Assembly: GCA_900768185.1 (NCBI GenBank)
Contig: CAAGCB010000012.1
Location: 15,461-79,460 of the forward strand
Origin: Alphaproteobacteria bacterium
Lineage (GTDB): Bacteria; Pseudomonadota; Alphaproteobacteria; CAAGCB01; CAG-977
Length of the DNA: 64,000 nucleotides
Reading direction: 5' to 3'
Both the position numbers and the translations under genes were made by a program. Below the pieces are notes generated by a model. It was not told where the DNA came from, ran no database searches, and was given only the letters and a program-made list of their open reading frames with translations. This document shows positions 8,991-18,498 of the stretch, piece by piece (position 1 is the first letter of the stretch; the number at the start of each line of letters is the position of its first letter).

Positions 8991-10637
8991 GTGATCAGAA
9001 TCGCCAATGTAAAATTCAGACCCAAAGCTTTGCCTGATGATTTCAAAGCCTATATCGAGGAATTGACGGGCTTTAAAAACATCGTGTTTTTCCGCATCGC
9101 CAAAAAATCGGTCGATGCGCGCAAACGCCAGAATCTGATGTTGCAATACGTTTTCGACGTGGCTTTGGACGGGGACGAAAATCAGGCGGTCGCCGAATGC
9201 CCGTACAAGGACGTCGTCGTCTTTACGCCGCCCGCCCAGTTGCCCGAACCCGTCTGGCGCGTGGGCAAGGGATTGCGTCCGATCGTCGTCGGCACGGGAC
9301 CCGCCGGGCTGATGGCGGGGTTGGCTTTGGCGCGCGCGGGGGCGAATCCGATCTTGATCGAACGCGGCAAGCCCGTTTCCAAACGCCGCAAGGACGTGAA
9401 CAGATTTTGGAAAATCGGCGAGCTGAACGAAAATTCGAATGTTCAGTTCGGCGAAGGCGGAGCGGGGACTTTTTCCGACGGAAAACTGACAACCGGCATC
9501 AAAAAAGACAGCTGGACAAGCAAAGTCCTGCAGGAATTCGTCGCCGCCGGCGCGCCCGAGGAAATCATGTACCTGAACAAACCCCATATCGGCACGGACA
9601 AGCTGGGGTACATGGTCGGCAATCTGCGCCGTCAAATCATGTCATCGGGCGGGGAATACAGATTTGAAACGCGCCTGACCGATCTGATCGTCAAAGACGG
9701 GCGGGTCATCGGCGTCAAGGTTGAAAACGCACAGGGCGAAACGGAGGAAATCGCCGCCGACAGCGTGATCTTGGCGTTGGGGCACAGTGCGCGCGACACG
9801 TTCGAAATGCTGTACGAACGCGGATTGCAGATGGTGCAAAAACCTTTCGCCGTCGGCGTGCGCATTGAGCATTTGCAGAAATTCATCAACAAAAGCCAGT
9901 ACAGCGTCGCCAATCCGAAAACAGTCGTCGGCGCCGCCGATTACAAGCTGGCGGTGCATCTGGATAACGGGCGGTCGATGTACACGTTCTGCATGTGTCC
10001 CGGGGGAACGGTCGTCGCCGCCGCGTCCGAAGCGGGACGGCTGGTCACCAACGGCATGAGCACTTACGCCCGCGACAAAATAAACGCCAACAGCGCGTTG
10101 CTGGTTGATGTGCGCCCCGCCGATTTCGGTTCCGACCACCCGCTCGCGGGCGTCGAATTCCAGCGCGGAATCGAGGAAAACGCGTTTAAAGCGGGCGGCG
10201 GATTGTTTCGCGCCCCCGTCCAGCGCGTCATTGATTTTTTGAACGACCGCGAAACGGTCGTGTACGGGTCGGTCAAGCCGTCCTATCTGCCGGGGGTGCA
10301 AATGTCGGATTTTCGTGCCGTTCTGCCCGATTTCGTACTGGAAACAATGAAAATGGGATTTAAGAAAATGGATCGTAAAATTCGCGGTTTCGCATCGCCC
10401 GACGCGCTGATGACCGCGGCTGAAACCAGAACGTCTTCACCCGTGCGCATGCTGCGCGATCCCGCGTCGCTGCAAAGCGTTTCGATCGCCGGCGTCTATC
10501 CCTGCGGCGAGGGGGCGGGGTACGCCGGCGGCATCATGTCCGCAGCCGTCGACGGACTGAAATGCGCCTATAAAATTATCGGCGGAGTGGAAATCCCCGA
10601 AACGGAAGCGGTCGATTGCGCCGCGGAACGTGTTTGA
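8991..10637 (+). CDS. FAD-dependent protein (uncharacterised NAD(FAD)-utilising dehydrogenase family, COG2509-like)
   Basis: GTG start; Rossmann dinucleotide motif VVGTGPAGLMAGLALARAG; ~548 aa length typical of this family. Confidence 0.65.
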   Translation: MIRIANVKFRPKALPDDFKAYIEELTGFKNIVFFRIAKKSVDARKRQNLMLQYVFDVALDGDENQAVAECPYKDVVVFTPPAQLPEPVWRVGKGLRPIVVGTGPAGLMAGLALARAGANPILIERGKPVSKRRKDVNRFWKIGELNENSNVQFGEGGAGTFSDGKLTTGIKKDSWTSKVLQEFVAAGAPEEIMYLNKPHIGTDKLGYMVGNLRRQIMSSGGEYRFETRLTDLIVKDGRVIGVKVENAQGETEEIAADSVILALGHSARDTFEMLYERGLQMVQKPFAVGVRIEHLQKFINKSQYSVANPKTVVGAADYKLAVHLDNGRSMYTFCMCPGGTVVAAASEAGRLVTNGMSTYARDKINANSALLVDVRPADFGSDHPLAGVEFQRGIEENAFKAGGGLFRAPVQRVIDFLNDRETVVYGSVKPSYLPGVQMSDFRAVLPDFVLETMKMGFKKMDRKIRGFASPDALMTAAETRTSSPVRMLRDPASLQSVSIAGVYPCGEGAGYAGGIMSAAVDGLKCAYKIIGGVEIPETEAVDCAAERV

Positions 10638-10653
10638 TCAAGGAGTCCGGATT

Positions 10654-11871
10654 ATGAGAGAGTTTCAAAAATCGTCGCGATTGAACGGTGTGCATTACGA
10701 AATCCGCGGTCCCGTTTTAAAAGCCGCCAATCAACTGGAAGAAGCCGGCTACAAAATCCTGAAACTGAACATCGGCAATCCCGCCGTGTTTGATTTGAAC
10801 GCGCCCGAGGAAATCATCAAAGACGTCATTTTGAACATTCCGTTTTCCGACGGCTATTCCGATTCAAAAGGAATTTTTCCCGCGCGCAAAGCGGTCATGC
10901 ACTATTGCCAGCAAAAGGGCGTCGAAGGCGTGCAGATTAACGACATCTATCTGGGCAACGGCGTTTCCGACCTGATTTTGCTCAGCATGGAGGCGTTTCT
11001 GGACAACGGCGACGAAATTCTTGTCCCCGCGCCCGACTATCCGCTGTGGACGGCGGCAATCTGTCTGGCGGGCGGAAAGCCCGTGCATTACGTTTGCGAC
11101 GAAGAATCCGACTGGTATCCCGATTTGAACGATCTGGAAAGCAAAATCACGCCCAAGACAAAAGGCATCGTCGTCATCAATCCGAACAATCCGACGGGTG
11201 CCGTCTATCCGAAAGAAATTCTGGAAAAAATAGCCGCTATCGCCGAAAAGCGCAAACTGGCTGTTTTCTGCGATGAAATTTACGACAAAATCCTGTACGA
11301 CGGCGCGGTGCACACGTCGCTGGCGTCCATGATTCACGACACGCTGTGCGTGACGTACAACGGATTGTCCAAAAACTACCGCGCCTGCGGTTTCCGCGCG
11401 GCGTGGATGATTTTAAGCGGTAACAAGAAAATCGCCGAAGACTATATCGACGGTCTGGATCTTTTATCGAATATGCGCCTGTGTTCCAACGTGCCGGGGC
11501 AGTACGCGATTCAAACCGCGCTGGGCGGCTACCAAAGTATCAACGATCTGGTCAAGCCGGGAGGGCGGCTGTATGAACAGCGCACCTTGTGTCACAAGCT
11601 GCTGAATGATATTCCTGGCATTTCGTGCGTCAAGGCGATGGGGTCTTTGTATATGTTCCCCAAAATCGACACGGCGAAATTCAATATTCGCGACGATCAG
11701 AAATTCGTGCTGGATCTGCTGATGGACAAACGTATTCTGCTGGTGAACGGAACGGGGTTCAACTGGGACAAGCCCGATCATTTCCGCGTTGTGTTTCTGC
11801 CGCGCGCGGACGATCTGGAAAAGGCGTTGGGACGGTTGAAAGATTTTTTGGCGACATATCGTCAGGAATGA
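10654..11871 (+). CDS. alaA: Class I/II pyridoxal-phosphate aminotransferase, AlaA-like alanine transaminase
   Basis: KILKLNIGNP N-terminal motif of the AlaA/YfbQ family, PLP lysine region YNGLSKNYRACGFR; start at ATG 10654. Confidence 0.75.
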   Translation: MREFQKSSRLNGVHYEIRGPVLKAANQLEEAGYKILKLNIGNPAVFDLNAPEEIIKDVILNIPFSDGYSDSKGIFPARKAVMHYCQQKGVEGVQINDIYLGNGVSDLILLSMEAFLDNGDEILVPAPDYPLWTAAICLAGGKPVHYVCDEESDWYPDLNDLESKITPKTKGIVVINPNNPTGAVYPKEILEKIAAIAEKRKLAVFCDEIYDKILYDGAVHTSLASMIHDTLCVTYNGLSKNYRACGFRAAWMILSGNKKIAEDYIDGLDLLSNMRLCSNVPGQYAIQTALGGYQSINDLVKPGGRLYEQRTLCHKLLNDIPGISCVKAMGSLYMFPKIDTAKFNIRDDQKFVLDLLMDKRILLVNGTGFNWDKPDHFRVVFLPRADDLEKALGRLKDFLATYRQE

Positions 11872-11872
11872 C

Positions 11873-11905
11873 AAAAAAGCCCGCCGGAAAAGCGGGCTTT
11901 TTTCT
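11873..11905. terminator. Bidirectional rho-independent terminator
   Basis: GCCCGC-cggaaaa-GCGGGC hairpin flanked by an A6 run upstream and a T6 run downstream; sits between convergent alaA and the 11908-12723 ORF. Confidence 0.75.
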
Positions 11906-11907
11906 GT

Positions 11908-12723
11908 TCACACCAACAAGCTGAACAGTTTTGCGGCTGAAGACGCGTTGGAACGGTTGTTCAACGTCGCCATGTTGGTGTATCCCGCCGCCAGCAGGTT
12001 CGCCGCCCCTTGCGCCGCCAGCGTCCGACTGTTGACGGTCGATGTTCCCGAATACGACGACGAACTTTCGGCTTGCGCCCGACGCAATTCGGCTTCGGTG
12101 ATTTTGGTGTGGTCGACGGACGTTTCTTTGGTGACGTAGTTGTGCGTGTATTTGTCGCCGAGCTGTACCTGCAAAGCGTACAGCGTGTCTTCATCAACGG
12201 GTTTTCCGTCCTTGGTCGTCACATGAACGTAAAAAGTGCCGGCTTTCTGCACTTTGTATTCGCCGCGCATCAGTTGTTCGAACGCTTCGGTTTTCTTGCC
12301 CTGTCCGTCCTCGTTCGTGGCAACCAGCGTTTGACGATTTTGAACGTACTGGTAGATTTCGACCTTCAATCCCTGACCTTTGAACCGTTCAATCGCCTTT
12401 TCATAGTCTGAAACGGCGTTTTCCAATTCGTCGGACGCCGAAACGTCCTTTGTGTCGGTGGCGTTTTTTTCCTCTTGAATGGCGGACACGTTGACCGCGG
12501 TCAGGCGTAATTTTCCGCGCGATGTGACTTTGAACGAAAACCAATCGTCGGTTTCCCGTTTCGACAGGGTGGTGATCATGTTCAGACGCGAATAATTCAG
12601 CCGCGCCTGACCGATGTCGCGCGCCGTTTGAATCGTGTCGCCGTACAAATCGGACGTCGATTTTTCAAAAGATTTTATGTTCGTCGATGTCGAAGCCGCA
12701 TTCAGAACCGTCGTAGCCATCAT
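11908..12723 (-). CDS. Hypothetical protein (Ser/Thr-rich termini, no recognised domain)
   Basis: 271-aa ORF with good coding look in the central part; no motif recognised. Confidence 0.4.
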   Translation of the reverse strand: MMATTVLNAASTSTNIKSFEKSTSDLYGDTIQTARDIGQARLNYSRLNMITTLSKRETDDWFSFKVTSRGKLRLTAVNVSAIQEEKNATDTKDVSASDELENAVSDYEKAIERFKGQGLKVEIYQYVQNRQTLVATNEDGQGKKTEAFEQLMRGEYKVQKAGTFYVHVTTKDGKPVDEDTLYALQVQLGDKYTHNYVTKETSVDHTKITEAELRRAQAESSSSYSGTSTVNSRTLAAQGAANLLAAGYTNMATLNNRSNASSAAKLFSLLV

Positions 12724-12803
12724 TCACCTCTGCCGTCAAAGCGATGTCCGGAATTCTTCCGTTTCTTGAAATATAGCACGTTTATTCCGAAAAATAAAGA
12801 TTC

Positions 12804-14792
12804 TTAAAGTTCGGGCAAAACCTGCGACAGTTTCGTTTCGACAACCGGTTGTTCGGGAACGGCGTCCCGCGTTTTAGCGTCGGTCGCTTCCTCCGGTTTT
12901 TCGGTTGTGTTCCAAATAACCTCGTACAGTGTCTGCGGAGTGTTGACGCCCTTTAAATTGAAATCGCCCAGCGGTTTGAAAACGTAGTTTTTGCCCGCCG
13001 CCAATTCTTTGACGACCGAAGACACATAGATTTCGTCCTTGCCCGCTTCGTTGCAGACGCGCGCCGCGATTTGGACGGTCAATCCGAACAAATCGTTGTT
13101 TTCGACGATCGGTTCGCCCGCGTTCAATCCGATTCGCACAGCCAAAGGAACCGTCGGCAATTCGCTGTTGTACGCGCTGACGGATTTTTGAATCGCGACG
13201 GCGGCGTCGATCGCGTTCGACGCCCACTGGAACGACGCCATAATTCCGTCGCCCGTCTGTTTGATTTCTTCGCCTCCGCAAGTGTCGAGCGCCTGCCGCA
13301 CGATCGTGTTGTGGCGGTGAATCAGCTGTTGCGCCAATCGATCCCCCAGCGTTTGCGTCATTTGCGTCGACGAAACGATATCGGTGAACATGACAATGCA
13401 GACCCCCGACGAAACGGTTTCTTTTTTCGACGGATTCAGCCAGCCGCTCATCGTGCTTTGAATCAAGCCGATCAATTCCGGGGACGTTTTGTTGGTCATA
13501 TAAATCTGCATGCTTTTCGCGCCGCTGTCGATAACGGGCAGGTATTTCGATTCCAACATGTATTCGTCGATTTTATCGAAAAACAAAGCCGCCAGCGCCG
13601 GCGCGCGTCCCAGCAATTCCAAAACGCCCGAAAGCATCAGGCGGTTTTGCTGTTTCGTCAACGCCCGCGTTTTGCACAGCTGTTCGCACGCCCCCGCCAA
13701 AAACAGTTCAATCCCGAAACGGGCGTAGGTGTTCAGCAGCGTGTTTCTTTCCTGCAATACGCGCAGAACAAGTGATAGCAAAGAGGTCAGTTTCAGATAA
13801 TCTTTTTCCAATTCCGCGGGAATGACGGCGGCTTCGGCGGGCGGCGTCGATTCGCTTTCGTGCGCGTCGCCGGTTTCCGCGGGGGTTGCGGATTGATCCG
13901 CCGGTTCCGTTTCGGATTGATCCGCCGGTTCCGTTTCGGTTTCGGCGTCGGCTTCGTCGGCTTGCCGTTTGCGTTCGTCTTCGGCGGCTTTGTCGGCTTC
14001 TTCTTCGCGCTTGGCTTGTTCTTCCGCTTTCAGGCGGGCGTCTTCCAGACGTTGGGTCATGGTCTTTCTGCCCATCAGCAAATCCAGCGCGTCAAAGAAA
14101 CGGCGCACCAGATGCGACAGCCGCGTATCGGGCGTGTATTGGCGGTCTTCCGCCGTTTCGTAAAGCTCGCGCAAGACGGCGGAGGAAACGGCTTTGTCCG
14201 GATCGTTTTCCGTTTCGCCGGCGGAATCGGACACCGTTTTTATCGTCGCCGCGAATGAAATGTCGTCATTGGATCCCAGCAGGTTGTCCCAATTCACCCA
14301 TTTGATCGCCGTCGGAATGGAAATGACCAGAAAGAAGAACGTGAAAACGCCCAGAACCATCTGGTTTGTGATGTCTTGCGGCGTAAAGCCGGCGGTCAGC
14401 ATCAGCCGCAAAACCAGCGTCGTGACGACGGCGGACGCCATCATGGAAAACAGCACCGACAGGAAAATCATGATGACGCCTTCGGTGATCGAATTGGACG
14501 TCCGTTTTTTCTTTTTGGTTTTGTTGACGGTCGGAATCACGCTGTTTTGGTACGGCGACGATTTTCGGGGCTGAGGTTTCGGAATTTCGCTGAGGTAGAC
14601 CATCGCCTCTTGGAACATTTGGGTGTCCAGATTGTAGGTTTCGCGCACGACTTTGGTCGGTTTGCGTTCCGAATTTTCAATGCTTTTGGCGTATTCGGTC
14701 GCTTTCGCGCGCTGTTCGGACGGATAGCGCGCCAGCAAATCCCAAGCGCCGTTTTGATAGGCATAGACTTCGTAATGTACAATATCGGACAC
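12804..14792 (-). CDS. Membrane-anchored class III adenylate/guanylate cyclase
   Basis: C-terminal CHD domain with FTDIVSSTQ...GDGIMASF...RIGLNAGEPI motifs; N-terminal hydrophobic segments; acidic Glu/Ala-rich linker. Confidence 0.8.
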   Translation of the reverse strand: MSDIVHYEVYAYQNGAWDLLARYPSEQRAKATEYAKSIENSERKPTKVVRETYNLDTQMFQEAMVYLSEIPKPQPRKSSPYQNSVIPTVNKTKKKKRTSNSITEGVIMIFLSVLFSMMASAVVTTLVLRLMLTAGFTPQDITNQMVLGVFTFFFLVISIPTAIKWVNWDNLLGSNDDISFAATIKTVSDSAGETENDPDKAVSSAVLRELYETAEDRQYTPDTRLSHLVRRFFDALDLLMGRKTMTQRLEDARLKAEEQAKREEEADKAAEDERKRQADEADAETETEPADQSETEPADQSATPAETGDAHESESTPPAEAAVIPAELEKDYLKLTSLLSLVLRVLQERNTLLNTYARFGIELFLAGACEQLCKTRALTKQQNRLMLSGVLELLGRAPALAALFFDKIDEYMLESKYLPVIDSGAKSMQIYMTNKTSPELIGLIQSTMSGWLNPSKKETVSSGVCIVMFTDIVSSTQMTQTLGDRLAQQLIHRHNTIVRQALDTCGGEEIKQTGDGIMASFQWASNAIDAAVAIQKSVSAYNSELPTVPLAVRIGLNAGEPIVENNDLFGLTVQIAARVCNEAGKDEIYVSSVVKELAAGKNYVFKPLGDFNLKGVNTPQTLYEVIWNTTEKPEEATDAKTRDAVPEQPVVETKLSQVLPEL
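13889..13936. repeat. Perfect 2 x 24-bp tandem direct repeat inside the cyclase gene
   Basis: cggattgatccgccggttccgttt repeated twice in tandem; encodes ETEPADQS x2 in the minus-strand frame. Confidence 0.9.
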
Positions 14793-14931
14793 TTTTAAAC
14801 CTGCAAAAAAATTTATCCATATATTATAAAGGTTTCGACGGAAAAATCAGCAAAAAAATGAATCTGCGCGGCGCGTATAAAAAAACGACCGCCGATCCGG
14901 CAGCTGTTTTTTTTTTGAAACTTCGCAAAAA

Positions 14932-15156
14932 TCACTTCTTTTTCGTGAAAGCCGCGAAACGCTTGTTGAATTTCGCCAACTGACCGCCGCTGTCGACCAA
15001 ACGGTACACGCCCGTCCAAGCCGGATGAGCCAACGGGTCAATGTCCAAGCGAACCGTGTCGCCTTCTTTGCCCATTGTCGAACGCGTCTTGAATTCGGTT
15101 CCGTCTGTCATGACCACGGTGATTTCATGGTAGTTCGGATGGATATCTTTTTTCAT
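14932..15156 (-). CDS. rpmE: 50S ribosomal protein L31
   Basis: [22 protein letters not shown]...FNKRF matches L31; start taken at the second Met of the ORF. Confidence 0.9.
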   Translation of the reverse strand: MKKDIHPNYHEITVVMTDGTEFKTRSTMGKEGDTVRLDIDPLAHPAWTGVYRLVDSGGQLAKFNKRFAAFTKKK

Positions 15157-15247
15157 AACTTCTGCTCCAGACAATGCAATAAGTTTCTTTTCTATACTCT
15201 AAAAGATTTGGCATTTCAAGCCTGTTTTCGCGAGAAACGGCAAAAAA

Positions 15248-16312
15248 TCAACGCTCGGTCAATTTGAATTCGATTCGGCGGTTTTTACGTCGCGCTTTTT
15301 CGGTGTCGGCGGGGTCGACGGGTTGAAATTCGCCGAAACCCGCCGCGACCAGACGACGCGCGGGGACGCCCCGTTCGATCAGGTACTGCACGACGGCGAT
15401 CGCGCGTTCGGCGGACAGCTGCCAGTTTGACGCGAAACGGGCGGCGTCTTTGACGGGGACGTTGTCGGTGTGACCGTCCACGCGCAGAACCCAAGGCACT
15501 TTGGCGGGGATTTTGCGGCGCAGTTCCTTGACCGTTTTCGCCAGAACGCGCAGTTGTTTTTTACCTTCGTCTTCCAGCGAAGCGGAACCGCTTTTGAAAA
15601 ACAGTTCGGATTGGAACACAAAGCGGTCGCCTTCGATTCGAAAATCGTCGCGGTCTTCCAAAACTTTGCGTAATGTTCCGAAAAATTCGGAACGGTAAGA
15701 CGCCAGTTCGCCCGCTTTCGCCGCCAAAGCGCGGTTCAGGCGTTTTCCCAGATCGGCGATTTGCGCGCGCTGTTTTTTATCCGTGCGGTCGGCTTTATCC
15801 AGCAAAGCCCCCAGTTTGGCAAGCTCTTTGGTCAGTTTTTCCGTTTGCGTCGTCAACAGGGCGATGTGGGCTTTGGCTTCCTGAGAAATCTTGCGCTCGC
15901 TTTTCAGCGCTTTTTCTTTGGACGCCGTTTCCTTTTCCAGTTCGTCGCGGCGCAAGGTCAGCGCCTTGATGTCCTGTTCCAGCAGGGCGATTTGCGCCAG
16001 CGTGCGGGTTTGTTCGGCTTTGACGCCGGTCAGTTCCGCCTCCAACCGCGCGGCTTCGTCCGTTTGCAGCGTCAGCCGGCGGGTCAGATCCCGCGTCGCG
16101 TCGCGTTCGGCGGACAGTTCCGCCGTCAAATCGTTCAAATGCTCCGTCAGCACGTCGATTTCCGCGTTTTTCGTGTCGAGATTCCGCCCCATGAAAAAGT
16201 GCGCCATCACGAACAGCAACAGGAAAAACAACACCACGATCAGCAACGTCGACAACGCGTCGACGAAACTGGGCCAGAAATTGTAGCCGCCCGACTGCCT
16301 GAACCGCCGCAT
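15248..16312 (-). CDS. MotB-like protein: N-terminal TM helix, ~180-aa coiled coil, C-terminal OmpA-like peptidoglycan-binding domain
   Basis: TM FWPSFVDALSTLLIVVLFFLLLF; heptad-rich central region; OmpA-like LRVDGHTDNVPV...NWQLSAERAIAVVQYL...NRRIEF. Confidence 0.65.
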   Translation of the reverse strand: MRRFRQSGGYNFWPSFVDALSTLLIVVLFFLLLFVMAHFFMGRNLDTKNAEIDVLTEHLNDLTAELSAERDATRDLTRRLTLQTDEAARLEAELTGVKAEQTRTLAQIALLEQDIKALTLRRDELEKETASKEKALKSERKISQEAKAHIALLTTQTEKLTKELAKLGALLDKADRTDKKQRAQIADLGKRLNRALAAKAGELASYRSEFFGTLRKVLEDRDDFRIEGDRFVFQSELFFKSGSASLEDEGKKQLRVLAKTVKELRRKIPAKVPWVLRVDGHTDNVPVKDAARFASNWQLSAERAIAVVQYLIERGVPARRLVAAGFGEFQPVDPADTEKARRKNRRIEFKLTER

Positions 16313-16313
16313 T

Positions 16314-17303
16314 TTACTTGTCCTGTCCCGATATGGTGCGAATCAGCAGCTTGAACGAATCGCGGACTTCGCGCAACAGGATTTCCTGACGCGCTTCGCT
16401 GCGTTTGTCTATTTGGTTGACGTTGTGATCGATTCGGCTGATAAAGCGTAAAATGTCCAAATCGGTTTGCGCGCTTTCCTGCGATTTCGCTTCATTCTTT
16501 TGCAGCTGGGAACGGATGTCGGACAGGCTTTCGACCACCTGTTCCAGCAAGGCGTTGGCATAGGCGGCGTTTGACGTGACCGTTTCGTCCGACTGGTTCC
16601 CGACCGCGGACGAATAGCGGGTCAGTGAAGCCAGATGTTCGTCCAAGCCGTTGTAAAAATTATTCTGCGCGCGTCCTGCCTGCAAATCCAAAAAGCCGAC
16701 GATCAACGCCCCCGACAACCCCAGCAGGGACGATGAAAACGCCGTTCCCATGCCCGACAGCGGCAGTTCCAGCGATGTTTTGATCGTGTTGAAAGCTTGC
16801 GTGGCTTCCTCGCCCGACACGTTCAGGGATTTGATTACGGTCGCGACGGCGCCGACGGTTTCCATCAGCCCCCAAAACGTCCCCAGCAATCCCAGAAAAG
16901 TCGACAATCCGATCAGGTATTTCGAAATGTCGCGGCTTTCCTCCAAACGCATTTCGACGGAATCCAAAATCGTGCGCGCGATGGTCGGGGAAAGGACGGC
17001 GTTTCCCTTGGCGCGGTTGTTTTTCAAAACCAAAGCCAGCGGAGACAACAGGCGCAATTTCTGCAACGCGGCGTCGTCCAAAGACAGGGCGGGGGCTTTC
17101 AGCCATTTGATTTCGCGGTACAAAGCGAAAACGGAATGGAAATTCAGTCCGACGCCGAACAGGAATACCAGCGCAATCAAACTGTTCAGGGCGGGATTGG
17201 TCAAAAAGGCATTCGACAGGACGGGAAACAAAACCGCGCCCGCGCCCGCGACCAGAATCAGAAACAAAAACATGCGCGTCACATAACGGTTCGGCAGTTC
17301 CAT
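16314..17303 (-). CDS. MotA/TolQ/ExbB proton-channel family protein
   Basis: Multiple TM helices; family signature LIGLSTFLGLLGTFWGLMETVG; 2-nt gap to the MotB-like gene. Confidence 0.7.
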   Translation of the reverse strand: MELPNRYVTRMFLFLILVAGAGAVLFPVLSNAFLTNPALNSLIALVFLFGVGLNFHSVFALYREIKWLKAPALSLDDAALQKLRLLSPLALVLKNNRAKGNAVLSPTIARTILDSVEMRLEESRDISKYLIGLSTFLGLLGTFWGLMETVGAVATVIKSLNVSGEEATQAFNTIKTSLELPLSGMGTAFSSSLLGLSGALIVGFLDLQAGRAQNNFYNGLDEHLASLTRYSSAVGNQSDETVTSNAAYANALLEQVVESLSDIRSQLQKNEAKSQESAQTDLDILRFISRIDHNVNQIDKRSEARQEILLREVRDSFKLLIRTISGQDK

Positions 17304-17318
17304 TTTTTTAAATCCTTG

Positions 17319-18485
17319 TCAGTCTTTGATTAAAACGTCCGTTCTGTCCGGACAGGACGCGCCCGCGCCGCGATTGCCGAACGCCCTGATTTCGACGCGC
17401 ATGGATTTGACGCCCCGGCGCATCAGATAGGAACGGATCGCCAGCGCGCGCCGCAGGGCGTGCCGACGTTCGGCGCCCCGTTCGTTTGACGCGTAAGCGT
17501 ACAAAAACACGCGGGACTTGTTTTTAACGGCTTGCGCCGCCGTCAAATCCAACGCGTTTCGCGCTTCGGGCGTCAGTTCGGACGATTTCGGTTCATGAAC
17601 AAAAACCCATTGCAGTTTTTTGCCTTGCGCGACGGCGGTCGCCGTCGGCGAATCGAACGGAACGACGCTTGTCAGCAGGGCGTTTCTGTCTTCCGCCGAC
17701 GGATCGGGGGACGCCGGCAAAACGGTCGGCGCCGCCGTTTTCTTGGCGGTTTCGGTTTCCGGCGTTTCGGAAACGGAAGCGGCTTTCGATTTCGCAACCG
17801 CGTTGTTATCGGCGGATTCCGATTTTTCAAAGGTTTTTAACGCTTCCGCCAAATCCGCCAGCGTTTGTTTCGGCGTGTCCGTTTTTTTCTGTTCTTTCGC
17901 GACCGTCCGGACGGGGGCGGCGACGGCGGTCGGCCGGACGGGGGACGGAGCTTTGGCGGCGGGTTTGGGTTTGGCGGCGGCAATCGCCTTTTTCGCCGTT
18001 TCCTTTTTCTTTTCGGCGATTTCGGCGCGTTCCGCCTGTTCCAGAAAATGTTTCGACAGTTTCAGTTCTGCCGCCGGAGTTTTATTCAGCGCTTCCGCCG
18101 CCGGTTTAACCGTGGTGTCCACCGCCAGAATTTTGACTTGCGGAACGGGCTTCGCGCGCGGCTTCAGCTTGTCGTGTTCGTCTTTGACGGCGGCTTCGCG
18201 CACCTGATAGCCTTTGGCTTTCGGCGGCTTGGCGGATTTGTTTTGCTTTTGAGGGGGGCGGGATTGCTTCGCCGATTTTTTTTTCGTCGGCTCGGCTTTT
18301 TTTACGGCGGGATCGATCAACGCCGCCGCGCTGTTTTTTTTCACGTTCCGATCTGACGAAATGGTGTCTTTGGGAATGAAATCCTCGGTTAAAACGTCCA
18401 GATCAACCGTGACCTGAGCAAAAGCCGCCCGTGCCGTCAAAAACGCGACGGCAGAGAACAGGGCTGCTTTTGCTCGTAAATTCAA
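17319..18485 (-). CDS. Secreted Ala/Lys/Pro-rich protein with degenerate C-terminal OmpA-like region
   Basis: Probable TTG start at 18485 preceded by GGAGG (ORF track gives an ATG at 18536 that overlaps suhB); signal peptide AALFSAVAFLTARAAFAQV; low-complexity AKP-rich linker; C-terminal RALAIRSYLMRRGV resembles an OmpA-C motif. Confidence 0.45.
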   Translation of the reverse strand: MNLRAKAALFSAVAFLTARAAFAQVTVDLDVLTEDFIPKDTISSDRNVKKNSAAALIDPAVKKAEPTKKKSAKQSRPPQKQNKSAKPPKAKGYQVREAAVKDEHDKLKPRAKPVPQVKILAVDTTVKPAAEALNKTPAAELKLSKHFLEQAERAEIAEKKKETAKKAIAAAKPKPAAKAPSPVRPTAVAAPVRTVAKEQKKTDTPKQTLADLAEALKTFEKSESADNNAVAKSKAASVSETPETETAKKTAAPTVLPASPDPSAEDRNALLTSVVPFDSPTATAVAQGKKLQWVFVHEPKSSELTPEARNALDLTAAQAVKNKSRVFLYAYASNERGAERRHALRRALAIRSYLMRRGVKSMRVEIRAFGNRGAGASCPDRTDVLIKD

Positions 18486-18498
18486 GGGGCTGCCTCCT

